DNA of 64,000 bases from Marsupella aquatica (Eukaryota; Plantae; Marchantiophyta), in assembly GCA_973895155.1 (NCBI GenBank), contig OZ316894.1, positions 248,001 to 312,000 on the forward strand. Direction: 5' to 3'. Under the pieces are notes generated by a model, which was not told the DNA's origin, did no database searches, and worked only from the letters and a program-made list of their open reading frames with translations. Every line of letters starts with the position of its first letter. Position 1 is the first letter of the stretch. The position numbers were made by a program, and so were the translations under genes. Positions 50,690 to 60,882 of this stretch are shown here, piece after piece.

Positions 50690-53600
50690 TGTGATGCCTA
50701 GACAGGAATCACTCGGCCGGTTAAGTGGGTAAAGCAGGAAGGCACCCTAGGAACACCTTAGTATAGTGACAAAACAAGGAAAATATAAACAATTAGGGGC
50801 AACCATGGAACCCGGGCAGAGGCCGGAGGTAAGGCTGAGGGTGAAAACCCGATTAGGGTTAGGGCGCGTTAAGCGTCGGCGGCTAGGAAGGATCAACGGG
50901 AAGAAGGACCGGCAGAGGAGAGGGGTAAGGAGCGCTTGCAGGAGATGGTGGCTCATTTGCGAGCACGAACTAGGCAGACGACTACGGGAGGCCAACTACT
51001 GTCAGCTGCTTAGGCAAGCACTCGGGGAGAGAGTAGATACCGACGATCAACCTAAGGAGGGTATGAGCAACGTCAATCAAGCGGCACATTTCTGGGGATG
51101 CCTGTTCGAACGGGCAACTGAGTACATCAAGACTTACGAGGACGAGGAGTCAGAAAGGGCAGCTCGAGAACGGCAGGAGCTCGCTCGATTGTGGGAGCTG
51201 CAGAAGACGGCTTTCTTAGGAGGCGAACTCATCAAGGACGAGTTCCTGTGGACGCCTACTTCCAATCAACTCGACGATCTTCTGTTTTGCAAGGACAGCG
51301 TCGTCGGCATCCGAGAGGCCATCAAGAACTGCAACGACATACACTGGGAATTAAAGGGTAGCACGGAAAGGTGGACCCAGGCAACGGTGCTAGGAGAAAC
51401 CTCCACGGCAGCAGAGATGAAGAGGAAGGGAGCCGTCAACGATGAAGCCACCCCGGCAAAAAGAACGAGGTCGGCGGCACCAAAGAAGCCAGCCGAGCAG
51501 CAGAGCAGGAGGCAGGGAGAAGCCGAAGAGGAGGAGGTCGATCCCATCAAGGCCATTCCAACCAGGGATGACACCTGGAAGGGCTGGGCGGCAACCCTAC
51601 CGGTGGAGGTGCAACTACATTTTGCACGGGAGGAGGATGCATGCTTTACGGCCATGCAGACCAAGAAGTACCAAGGCTTCATGGCCGGATCCGGCTTGGA
51701 GGCCTTTGTAAGATTACCATGGCTGAAGCCGGAGGTACCGGAGTCAAACCTATTAGAATTCGTGGGGTCATGGGAACCCGAGACCAATTGCACGAGGATA
51801 TATGGGAAGGATTTCTATCTTACTCCCAAGGTGATTGCCGAAGTGTTTGGCTTGCCGATGGGCAATAAGACCAAAGTTGATACCAGGAAGACCTTGCCTG
51901 ACAAGGAGTTCCGGTCGTTCCCCGGGCCATCAACGAAGAATGGCTTCTTCCGGAACACCTGCACCAACCCGCACATAGGAGAGATGATCGACTTCTTGCG
52001 GGTGACCATGCATTGTAACTTGCCGAGGGCAGAGATCGGCAAGGCACAGGTCTATCTGGCAGAAAGGCCAGACCCAAGCCGGGACTACAATGGGTACCTC
52101 CTCAACCAATTGAAGAAGATCTTAAAGGAGGAGCAGCAGGTCATCGGCATGGGGAGCGTGTCGCGGCTTGGCTATCACATGCCGCTGTTGTGCCGGTATG
52201 CCAGAGGTCAGACTTTTGCCCCGGTACTTCCCCTGCAGGTAAGGGCACCCGAGGAAGCTCCAACGCCGAGGCCGTTGGCTGAGAAGCCTCAACCACCTGT
52301 TAGTCCTATGATCGAGCAGGTGTTTAGGCCCAGGAAGGAAGACTTGCCGATGCAGCAACCAGGCATGCAGAGTCTGCTGAAACTACTGGAGAAAGAAAAG
52401 AAATCGGCATCGGCAACAACAACGGCAACGGCAACAATGCAGGACACTACTACAGAGGTAGGCCGACACCGGCTCACAAGAGAAAACCCCTTTGCTGGAG
52501 ACAAGGAGAGAATCAGGCCGGAATCCAAGCCAGGTGTTCGAATGTACGTGGGAACCTCAAGCTCCGAATCTGAGGCAGAATTGCCTGAAGCTCCTACCGA
52601 GGAAGAGGAGAGGGAGAAGCCGGAAATCCAAGAGGTAGAGGAGGCAGTGGAGGGCTGCAGCCATGATAATTCCGGCTATGGGTCGGACCATCACGTTCCA
52701 GGAGTAAGGACCTGTGGCCGGTTTGTCCCCACACTTCCAAGGGTAGTGCGAGGGGACCCCAACCAGCAGAGTAGCCCTGAGTCTCCCCCACCAGATGTTG
52801 CTCCCCCGAGCTTCGACGGCATAAAACAGACGGTGCAGGAATTTCAGGAGCGAATCAAGCAGGAGGAAGAGGCCGCCCTGGCTAAGGAAAAGGATTTACC
52901 AGGAGGAGATTGGCCGGAGGACATCAGGCGGCTAGCCGAAAAAGGAAGCAAACCTCTAGCCACGATTGAAGAGATCCGCAGGACGGCTTGGGAGCAGAGG
53001 CCACGATGGGCGATGCCGATCACTTCTACTTACTCCACCTACGCTAAGAATAGAGCCATGGAGTATGGTGAGATGTGTGGGGAACTTGCGCTCGGCATCT
53101 TTGGAGAGGAGTTGGAGGTAGGACCCTTTTTCCATAGGGAGCAGTTGGAGAAGCACCAATTAGAAGAAGCGGTGGCTTTAGAGAGAAGCAAGAAGGACGA
53201 GGTCATTCGGCGGCTTAGGAGGATGGGAGCCGAGATTGAAGATCTAAGGGCGGCCAAGAAAGCCCAAGATGAACTGCGGATTAAACGACATGAGCTGAAC
53301 ATCATGCAGGGGCAGTTGGACGCCGCGCAGGCTGATAATCAGAATATCAAGGATAAACTGACTCAGACGCAGGAAGAGTTGGCCGACACGATCAAAGAGA
53401 GGGAGAAGTGGAAGCAAGAGCTGAAGAATACAGAGGAGGCCCACATAACAGCCAACAGCCGGGCCATGGCGGAGACCCAAAGAAAGGAATGGGCGTTGAA
53501 AGGGGAGCTCGAGAAAATCCGCGGAGCCCTTGAGCAGAAGGAGGTCGAGTTAGGGAAATCCTATCAAGGGATTATGGCGCTGCAGCAGGAGCTTGCGTCC

Positions 53601-55319
53601 CTGACGGCCAGCTTCAAGGCCGACCTAAGGGAGAAGGACGAGATGCTCGAACAGACTTACGCCAAGATGAACCAGATGGAGTCTGTCATCATTGCAGAGC
53701 TCGACAAGGAGCTAAGAGCAACCCAGGAGGAGAAGGCTACCTTGAAGAAGGAATTGGAGGAAGCCCACAGGGAGCAGGAGGAGGCCAAAAACGAGCTGGA
53801 GGGGGCACGTAAGGACCTGGATGAAACCCAAGAGGAGTTGGAGGAAATCACGAGGAAGATGGAGAACCTACAGCGGCGGGCCGACAACCAAACAGAGCGG
53901 CTGAAGAAACAAGCCGCAGTATTTAAATGCTTAGCTGCAGCAGGTCCATCTCCTGTTGGGACAAACCAGTTACCAGGGGTGGTAATTGCCGAAGGACAAG
54001 CCGCGCCACCTGCACCAGTGCCGGAATTAAGTGGGAAGGGGAAGGGACCCGAGCCACCAACGAAGAAGAAGCGGAAACCTTCAGGGTCAAGGAGTAATAC
54101 GACTTCACAGGCCGTGGTGATCAAGGAGGTAGACCCAGCACCGACCCCAGACAGGGTCACGGCTAAGGATCCAACTACCCTAGGGGAAGGGGAAGCCGAA
54201 GCCGAGGGAGTGGCTGAGGCCGAAGCCGTGGGTATTGTCGAGGCCGGTGTCGAGGCTGAAGCCAAAGGTGGACCCAGTCAGGCCGAGGGAGAGTTGACTC
54301 AGTCAAGGGCAGGTAATCTGTCAGTAGGCGGGCCAACGGCAGTGGCTGAGGAGGAAGTGTTGGGGGCGTCCATTGAGGATCCACCACCGGTGTCGTGACG
54401 GTGCAAGGGCGCCGTTCCTTTTAGGGAGGGCGGACGTGGAGGGAGGAGGCGTGAGTGGGCAGGGCGGGCGCGGATCTCCACGTTTAGGATTAGGATCAGA
54501 ACCAGGAGCGGCCCTGACACTTAGCTTAGTGGGATTGCGGTCCCACTGGTAGGAGCAACACTTGTGCTCCTGCCTTGCTGTACATAGGTAGATTCAGGCA
54601 AGTAGATTACTGTTAAGTAGATTAGGCTTACGATGCAAAGAATGGCGGATCCACTACCAGGATAAGTACCTGGGCAGCGGGGAGCTCAGGGCCTCTTCTT
54701 TAGCAAGTTTTTAGTTTGCACCAGCCGGGCTGGGATCAAGTAGTACGAGAAGCTCTCGGTTAGTCATACAATGACCCTTGTGTATATTCATGTTTCCTCA
54801 TGCCTAAGAGCTGAATAGAGTTGGCCTCACGGCTTAGTTCGCAGAACTTGTGTATGAGATGTACTGTTTGTATGGCAAGTGCATGGTATGACTCAGTCAG
54901 AATGAGTCATTTTGCTATTTGTGTGTCGCATTAACTTGTGTGAAGAGTGCCCACATCAACAGAAGGAAGGAAAGTAAGCAGGGGAGTGAGAGTTGGATGT
55001 GTCGAGCTGAGAGAGGTCTTAGCGGCTTAACCAAGCCTATTGGGGATCATTCCGGCGGCGGAATCCAAACATACCTAACAAGACGGAGGGGAAGACAGGG
55101 GAAGACAGGGGAAGGCCTATATTAGGCCGGCTACGTATCTCATGACCCGATGAAGGATCTGTCCAGTATATGTGTGTAAAATGTTAATAGTAGTAGTAGA
55201 AGGTTAGCAGCGTCCCATGCCGCTAAGCCGCGGAAACGGCCTCGCCAAGCACGAAACCTGCGGGAATCGGCTTGAGCTGGGGGGTTTCTTGGGTTTAGGG
55301 AGCCATGGGACGCACCACA
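50690..55319 (+). mobile_element. Solo LTR of family A (4630 bp) with 5-bp TSD
   Basis: CCTAC|TGTGATGCC...GCACCACA|CCTAC. Confidence 0.96.
50805..54398 (+). CDS. Intact 1197-aa LTR-encoded protein: Arg-rich N-terminus, plant-mobile-domain/Athila-ORF1-like core, long coiled coil, KKKRK, acidic tail
   Basis: Open frame from GCAACCATGG; EFVGSWEPETNCTRIYGKDFYLTPKVIAEVFGLP resembles the PMD W.PET...T..D/V....GLP pattern; no evident transmembrane segment. Confidence 0.85.
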   Translation: MEPGQRPEVRLRVKTRLGLGRVKRRRLGRINGKKDRQRRGVRSACRRWWLICEHELGRRLREANYCQLLRQALGERVDTDDQPKEGMSNVNQAAHFWGCLFERATEYIKTYEDEESERAARERQELARLWELQKTAFLGGELIKDEFLWTPTSNQLDDLLFCKDSVVGIREAIKNCNDIHWELKGSTERWTQATVLGETSTAAEMKRKGAVNDEATPAKRTRSAAPKKPAEQQSRRQGEAEEEEVDPIKAIPTRDDTWKGWAATLPVEVQLHFAREEDACFTAMQTKKYQGFMAGSGLEAFVRLPWLKPEVPESNLLEFVGSWEPETNCTRIYGKDFYLTPKVIAEVFGLPMGNKTKVDTRKTLPDKEFRSFPGPSTKNGFFRNTCTNPHIGEMIDFLRVTMHCNLPRAEIGKAQVYLAERPDPSRDYNGYLLNQLKKILKEEQQVIGMGSVSRLGYHMPLLCRYARGQTFAPVLPLQVRAPEEAPTPRPLAEKPQPPVSPMIEQVFRPRKEDLPMQQPGMQSLLKLLEKEKKSASATTTATATMQDTTTEVGRHRLTRENPFAGDKERIRPESKPGVRMYVGTSSSESEAELPEAPTEEEEREKPEIQEVEEAVEGCSHDNSGYGSDHHVPGVRTCGRFVPTLPRVVRGDPNQQSSPESPPPDVAPPSFDGIKQTVQEFQERIKQEEEAALAKEKDLPGGDWPEDIRRLAEKGSKPLATIEEIRRTAWEQRPRWAMPITSTYSTYAKNRAMEYGEMCGELALGIFGEELEVGPFFHREQLEKHQLEEAVALERSKKDEVIRRLRRMGAEIEDLRAAKKAQDELRIKRHELNIMQGQLDAAQADNQNIKDKLTQTQEELADTIKEREKWKQELKNTEEAHITANSRAMAETQRKEWALKGELEKIRGALEQKEVELGKSYQGIMALQQELASLTASFKADLREKDEMLEQTYAKMNQMESVIIAELDKELRATQEEKATLKKELEEAHREQEEAKNELEGARKDLDETQEELEEITRKMENLQRRADNQTERLKKQAAVFKCLAAAGPSPVGTNQLPGVVIAEGQAAPPAPVPELSGKGKGPEPPTKKKRKPSGSRSNTTSQAVVIKEVDPAPTPDRVTAKDPTTLGEGEAEAEGVAEAEAVGIVEAGVEAEAKGGPSQAEGELTQSRAGNLSVGGPTAVAEEEVLGASIEDPPPVS

Positions 55320-56191
55320 CCTACACGAAGAGATGCAGCGAGTTAGAGTCGAAGTACAATTTATGTATAACCAGCGCCGAGCGCTCTTAAATAGAACACT
55401 TGCAAGATTCAAAGAAGGTACCGGAAAAGAACGAGAACTTACTGATTCACGATGTGCATAGCTACCTCGATTTCAATAACAAATCCCTTGTCTCCCTTAA
55501 ATATTGTGCAGAGCACTCGAGGATGGTATTTTGGATTGTCAGGGTTCTCGGTAACAAGCGTCCATGAGTACAGCCTATGATTTCCATCAAAGACAGAGAA
55601 CATCTTATCCTTCAGCACGAGAAAATCTGGATCGGCCTCGCATTCAGCCTTAAACTTCTCGTTCTCCAATTGCCAAATTGGATCCCATGACTCACAAATC
55701 TCCTGGGTACAGGTCAGAACAATTCCATTCTCATCCGTTGGCTGCACATAGAAACGCATTCCTATGGAGGAATTGTAACCCATACTGCAAAACGAGTCTT
55801 TCAGCTTCTTGATGGAAGAGCTATCTTTCTACAAAGTACGAACCACCTCCATGTGAACAAATTGGCATAGAGGGATTCGAGGCGGCTCCTTGTCAAATCC
55901 ACAAGAATCCTTTCCAAAACACATGACATGTTTTGAGATGAGATCAGTCTCCGCGAGTGCGCAGACCAAAACATCTTGGATTGCAATCGTGTCGAGGTTC
56001 TCCATCTTTCTACGCAAAGATTTAGGAACCAAAACAGCGCTAACAGAAGTAGGAGGCAGCAGCTTTGTGGAACGAGTTACACGACGTGTATAAACTGAAC
56101 CAGTAAACGAAGACTGCGAGGATTCAGAATAAGCTCACTCTTGGTCAGGAGCAGCACTATACCCTCTGGATGAAGAGGGGAATACCTCCAT

Positions 56192-57149
56192 CGTCTTCCT
56201 TCCAGAAGCGTACAAACTATTGTACAATGAAATTATGGAACTCTAATCAACTCTCAACGTGTAATATATTCTAGGAGGGTGGAGTTCAGCGGAACTCTTT
56301 GATTAAAGCGAGAAGCTCGTAAGTTTGGCGGATTCCAAGTATGTATGCAGAGAACTTAATTAGCAAAATCAAGCGGTAGAAGAAGCATAACACACACAGA
56401 ACTCATAAGTTACCGTTAAATGTTACCGTTATGACCATTTTCTTCCCTCACTCGAAATACTAGCGCCGGGCGCTATTATAAACAACTTCCCATGAAGTAG
56501 ATAATTTGGATGATTGTCATGGCAGCGCCCGACGCTAGTAAAAATAACAGCTATAGAATAGGTCTGAAATGGTGTCTCCAGTAAATAAATTTTGTGAAAA
56601 CAACCCCATATTTGAAGAAATATATATTGTTTTAATGGTTTTTGGGAAACATTACTTGCATCCTATACTAGCGCCCGACGCTAGTGATAACGGGTATTTT
56701 TCATCCATAGTTTTAAAATAATTCACATTTTCATTGATCATTTAAATCAAATTATTCCATAGTATTGATGGATATCTGGAGGGTTTTTCGTATACCAGCG
56801 TCTGGCGCTGTATGAAATATCAAGATTTGGGGCATATTATGTTTGAGATATTTTAGTTAGCGCCAGGCGCTACTCAAATTGTTCCAACTATACAATATCT
56901 TAGAGTCTATTAAAAATTTTTGTGGTATCTTTTTTGGCATTATGTACGTGTCTGACATCCGGACTTATCGGGGAAAAACGACAAAATTCATTTATGGCGC
57001 CAACGGATCCTATGTCGACTATGTTTTATGTCTTACACAAACGGATATGTTAACGTGAAGTTCCCATGTTCGACTGATATAAGCTCCATATTACCATAGA
57101 CTTTTCTTCCTCGAAACATTACAGCCCTCGTTATTTGTTTTCGATTGCA
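56192..57149. promoter_or_regulatory. Divergent promoter region with five TAGCGC-NNN-GCGCTA palindromes
   Basis: Lies between the two ATGs; palindromes at 56461, 56523, 56669, 56796 and 56858. Confidence 0.7.
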
Positions 57150-60100
57150 ATGTCTCGGTCCATCGTTCTATCCTGATTCGGGACTGGGGATATTGTGACC
57201 ATCCCCGTCCCTGTGGAAGACACGTACAAGCAGGTCCGGGAGAGATACCTTTGCGAGAGATTTGATTTGAAGATGAATGATATTGAGGCCATTCTTCGAG
57301 AGCTCAAAACCAGTGATGACATTGAAGATGCAACAACATTCAATGTGGATGATGGTGAACGATTTTGGCATCTATATGCAGGGATTTTGTACTCACTTCG
57401 AGTAAGACACCATGAAGGACCGTCCAGTGTCCCCCAAGTTCCATTTGATGTTGTCGAGATTTCTTCTAGTGAAGATGGGGATCACACTCCAAGTCCTACG
57501 TTGAAAATGAAAGTCCCGCAACATGCTATTGTTAAAGGTGAGACTCTAGGAAGCTCCAACCAGTTGGAGGTCGTGTATCGGCGCAGTGTGATTGATACGT
57601 TACTCAAATCCACTGGTCATAGCGAGTTATCAAGGTTCATATCAGCGGGTGATTTCAGACATGAGCAAGTCTCCTGTCTGCCAACTAAGTATAATGGGAA
57701 CGTCGTGTTTGAATTGCCACCAATTGACAAGATGCTCTCTAAAGGCTTTAGGCTTAGGGACATGGACCGTGCCAAAGATTGCTACATTTGGACACGCATA
57801 TTTCCAACTACCGCGAACGTCCAGCCAAAAAAACTTTGGCAATTCGGTAAGGTTACCTGTACGGGATTCATTGAATGTCGGAACAAGTCTTGCGAGTACT
57901 TCCAAAGGAAGAATAAGGCAAATGCTAAGGCATGGCAGGGTACTCCAAAGCTTAGTGGTCAGTATGCTGTCGGATCTTTTATCGAAGAGGGCGGTGTTGT
58001 GTGTCATTATTGTGATCAGATTCCTTTTTGTGTCAAGTACTTCCCTGCCCGGTTGCTCTATATGTACCTGCAAGTATTACTTGATGCGGACACATGTAGT
58101 CATATGTCCCACCTGGCAATTCATATATAGGTGAGCATAACCATCCAGGTAGAAAAATCTTCTGTAGGAGTGCGAAGAAGATGGCTGAGGATTTAATTTA
58201 AAAAAATCATGAAGCCAATCCTCTGGCAAAACCAGTTGGGATCTTGAATTCTGCTATAGGCCTGGGTCCATAGTGAAAGCTATCTGCGAACATGTTGACG
58301 ACATGGTTGATATTGAAGAAACTGAAATATGGAAGTCTCTGATGGTACTTTCCACTCCCCATAAGTTTGCATCTCTTTGTCGAAGCGTTAGGATAGACCA
58401 AAAGGGTCGGGGTGAACTTGATTTTCTATCGCAAATGCAGAAGAAGATTAACCTGTCGTTTCTCCAGAGGTATTTGCTCCCAGGTCAGGGATGTCAAGAG
58501 GACAGGCCTCACATCTTTAAAATGACCACGAAGGGTCACGGTTCCGGTGTGGATCTTTTGAGATAGATGCAACCTGGTGGAAGACTCGAAGGAGCCTGGG
58601 TCAGTTTCGATGTCATGCAACATATCACAACCGATTGGTTTACTTTTAGCGCACATGTCTACGACCATAACTTCCGTGCACTTTGTACAATTTTCACATG
58701 CGAGTTGAAAGGTGAAGACACTGAGTCTTTCGGAAAGGCTTGGAGAGTTATGATTGAGGTTTGCAAGGAGAATGGATTACATGAGGTTGTCATCCAAGGG
58801 TTTATGGCGGACAATGCATAAGCTGGATGGAATGTTGTGCGGAATGTTTTTTTGGTGGACACCCAGACCCGGAGAGGGAGCGCTCTGATGCATTTCACTT
58901 TTATCAATCTTTCCATCGGCATTCCAAGGAAGGAGTACTCGAAGAATGTCAATCGGAACATCGGAGACTTTGGGAGAAACTAAGAAACGCTCCAACGTTT
59001 GTGGTAGCCTATCGCGTGTCCTGAGAGATTGTGGTTTGGTGGCAATCAGGAAATTGTGTCCCTGGAAAGCTCATGATGCTACAAAGCTGGATATCCCGCT
59101 GGGTTGTTTGATGGTGCTAGTGGGGAAATTTTATTCAAGTGGTATGACAACCATCTCCTCTCTTGTCTTTCATTTCCATCAACTTTATATTAGCGCCAGG
59201 CGCTGGTATGATTTGCTCGTATTTGAGTCCAACATGTCCATAAAGTTCCAGAATCATACTTGCAATTGTATTTCACGTATGTTATAAATACTTGTCGGTG
59301 TCAGCGCCGGGCGCTGGTAATACAATGCTAGTACTGATTATTGCATTTGGACTATGGCAGAGCAAAAGCGCAGAAGAAGGTGCCTTGATTCCCAACTGTA
59401 CAGGGTCAGAATCAAGGCATGCGTCTATGAAAGCCTGGGCTACAAAGAAAAAAGTTGGTCTTTTTGAAGCATGCAAAGTGGACCAAAACCGAGCCTTGTC
59501 TCAAGTTGCGGGATACAGTGCATATTGGAAAGGGTTGAACAGAGGAAAGGGACCAACTATATGGGAATTGGCGTTCCGTTCCGCCGATCAAGCAGGTTCG
59601 CCGAGGTTATTTGAAGATGTGACCAACATGCTTCTTTCCAACGCGGCGGACTTTGATTTGGAAAGAAGTACTCCCCTTAACGGAGATATTGTGACCAAGT
59701 CAATGAAGAGAAAGGGACATGCAACTGGGACTGTCTCTCCACAAGACTCCCACCGGCATGACACCGTTCTCATAACCACACCAAATACTCGTGGTTTGAA
59801 AAGGAAAAACCTAAACAGAACTGACTTTGCCTCCATTCCCTCAAATTCTAATGATCCTGTGACAAGAGTGGTGAATCTCTCTGGTATGGACACATCAGAT
59901 GGTGATACTGATTCACTGGACAATACCCCTCAAACAACCCGTACAACAAGATCCACAAAACCTCCACTCAGTGCACCAGCCTCACTTCAAAATCCACTTC
60001 CACGGACGATTGTGCTAGAAAAGGATGTCCCTCTGGGGCAGTGGCAGCTGCGACGGACGTCCAAGTATGGAGCAGGTCCCCAGTGTAATGGGACACTCAA

Positions 60101-60882
60101 TGGGAGTTCTGATCACAATGAGTGTCGAAATCGTATCAAGAAGGTTGGCTTCCATTCGTCTGACGGTGTTGTTGGAATTGTTGTGAAGGGCCATCGTCTC
60201 TTCAGGGGCGAACCAATCTCCGGAATGATTTGGTTCTGCCCAAACCAAACCTGTTATAAGAGTCGTCCGTGTCGTGGTGTTCATCAGCTTCCTCCTCTTC
60301 CTGAAATTTTGCCTGTTTTGAACGGTACGAGCCTATCTCCTTCTGAAATCACGTTCCTCGAGGAGCAAGGACTTGTCTTAGCCCGAATCGAGTCGATCTA
60401 TGCCATCTTTGTTTGACCTCAGGATAAATGTGAACGTGTTCCCAGAAACGATAAGGTTTTTGGAGCCAAATGTCCGGCTGGGTAGTCGGAATGGGAGGAA
60501 CTCAAGACCTCGGTCTAATCTCACTGTGGGTCACACTAAGCGAATGGAGTCTGCACGACAAGAAGAGATGAGTTTGGATGGGGAATGGAATGTTCGGACT
60601 GGAAATGCTTTTGGAAAACAATTTCAAATTTGAACCCATGAGAACCTTCGATCACCAAGCACGTACTTCATGCAAATCTGTATCTTCCCTGCTTGCTCCT
60701 GTGAGGACTTCTTCCTATGACATTCGCGTGGCAAGTCGTACATGCCTTGTAAACATCTATACTGGGTGTACATAAATGTTTTCAAACTTGAGGTTGAGGA
60801 GTCGACTCTTTGTAGCCAACCAATTTGGACTGTGGGCGAAGTCAGGCTTGTCTTGGAGAGGCAGAACTTGAATGGCTTATAA
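57150..60882 (+). pseudogene. MULE/MuDR-like transposase with Cys-rich N-terminus and C-terminal SWIM finger; several stops and frameshifts; intron ~59141-59360
   Basis: VSFDVM, GFMADNA-AGWNVVRNVF, ERERSDAFHF, PNCTGSESRHA, CSCEDF..PCKHLYWV. Confidence 0.82.

Larger units (their letters stand above)
47426..56191 (-). pseudogene. Spliced gene for a ~1200-aa protein: ParB/Srx-like domain, uncharacterised middle region, N6A/N4C DNA-methyltransferase-like domain, acidic tail
   Basis: Exons ~56191-55443, 50685-49352, ~49179-48438, 48347-~47750 and ~47680-47426 with GT-AG introns; splice HIVNQ|LGQAVVEP is in frame; VFDGNHRL; VDAGFIYLPTG..FLSNDG; VTQPRDIFMDWTVGAGSSFIAGDFSGRFVLGIE; C>T stops at ~56135 and 55829. 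Confidence 0.8.

Noticed and set aside
50805-54398. LTR ORF as an envelope gene or host myosin/SMC-like gene
   Set aside because: No signal peptide or TM segment seen; the coiled-coil similarity is generic; it lies inside TG...CA units with TSD
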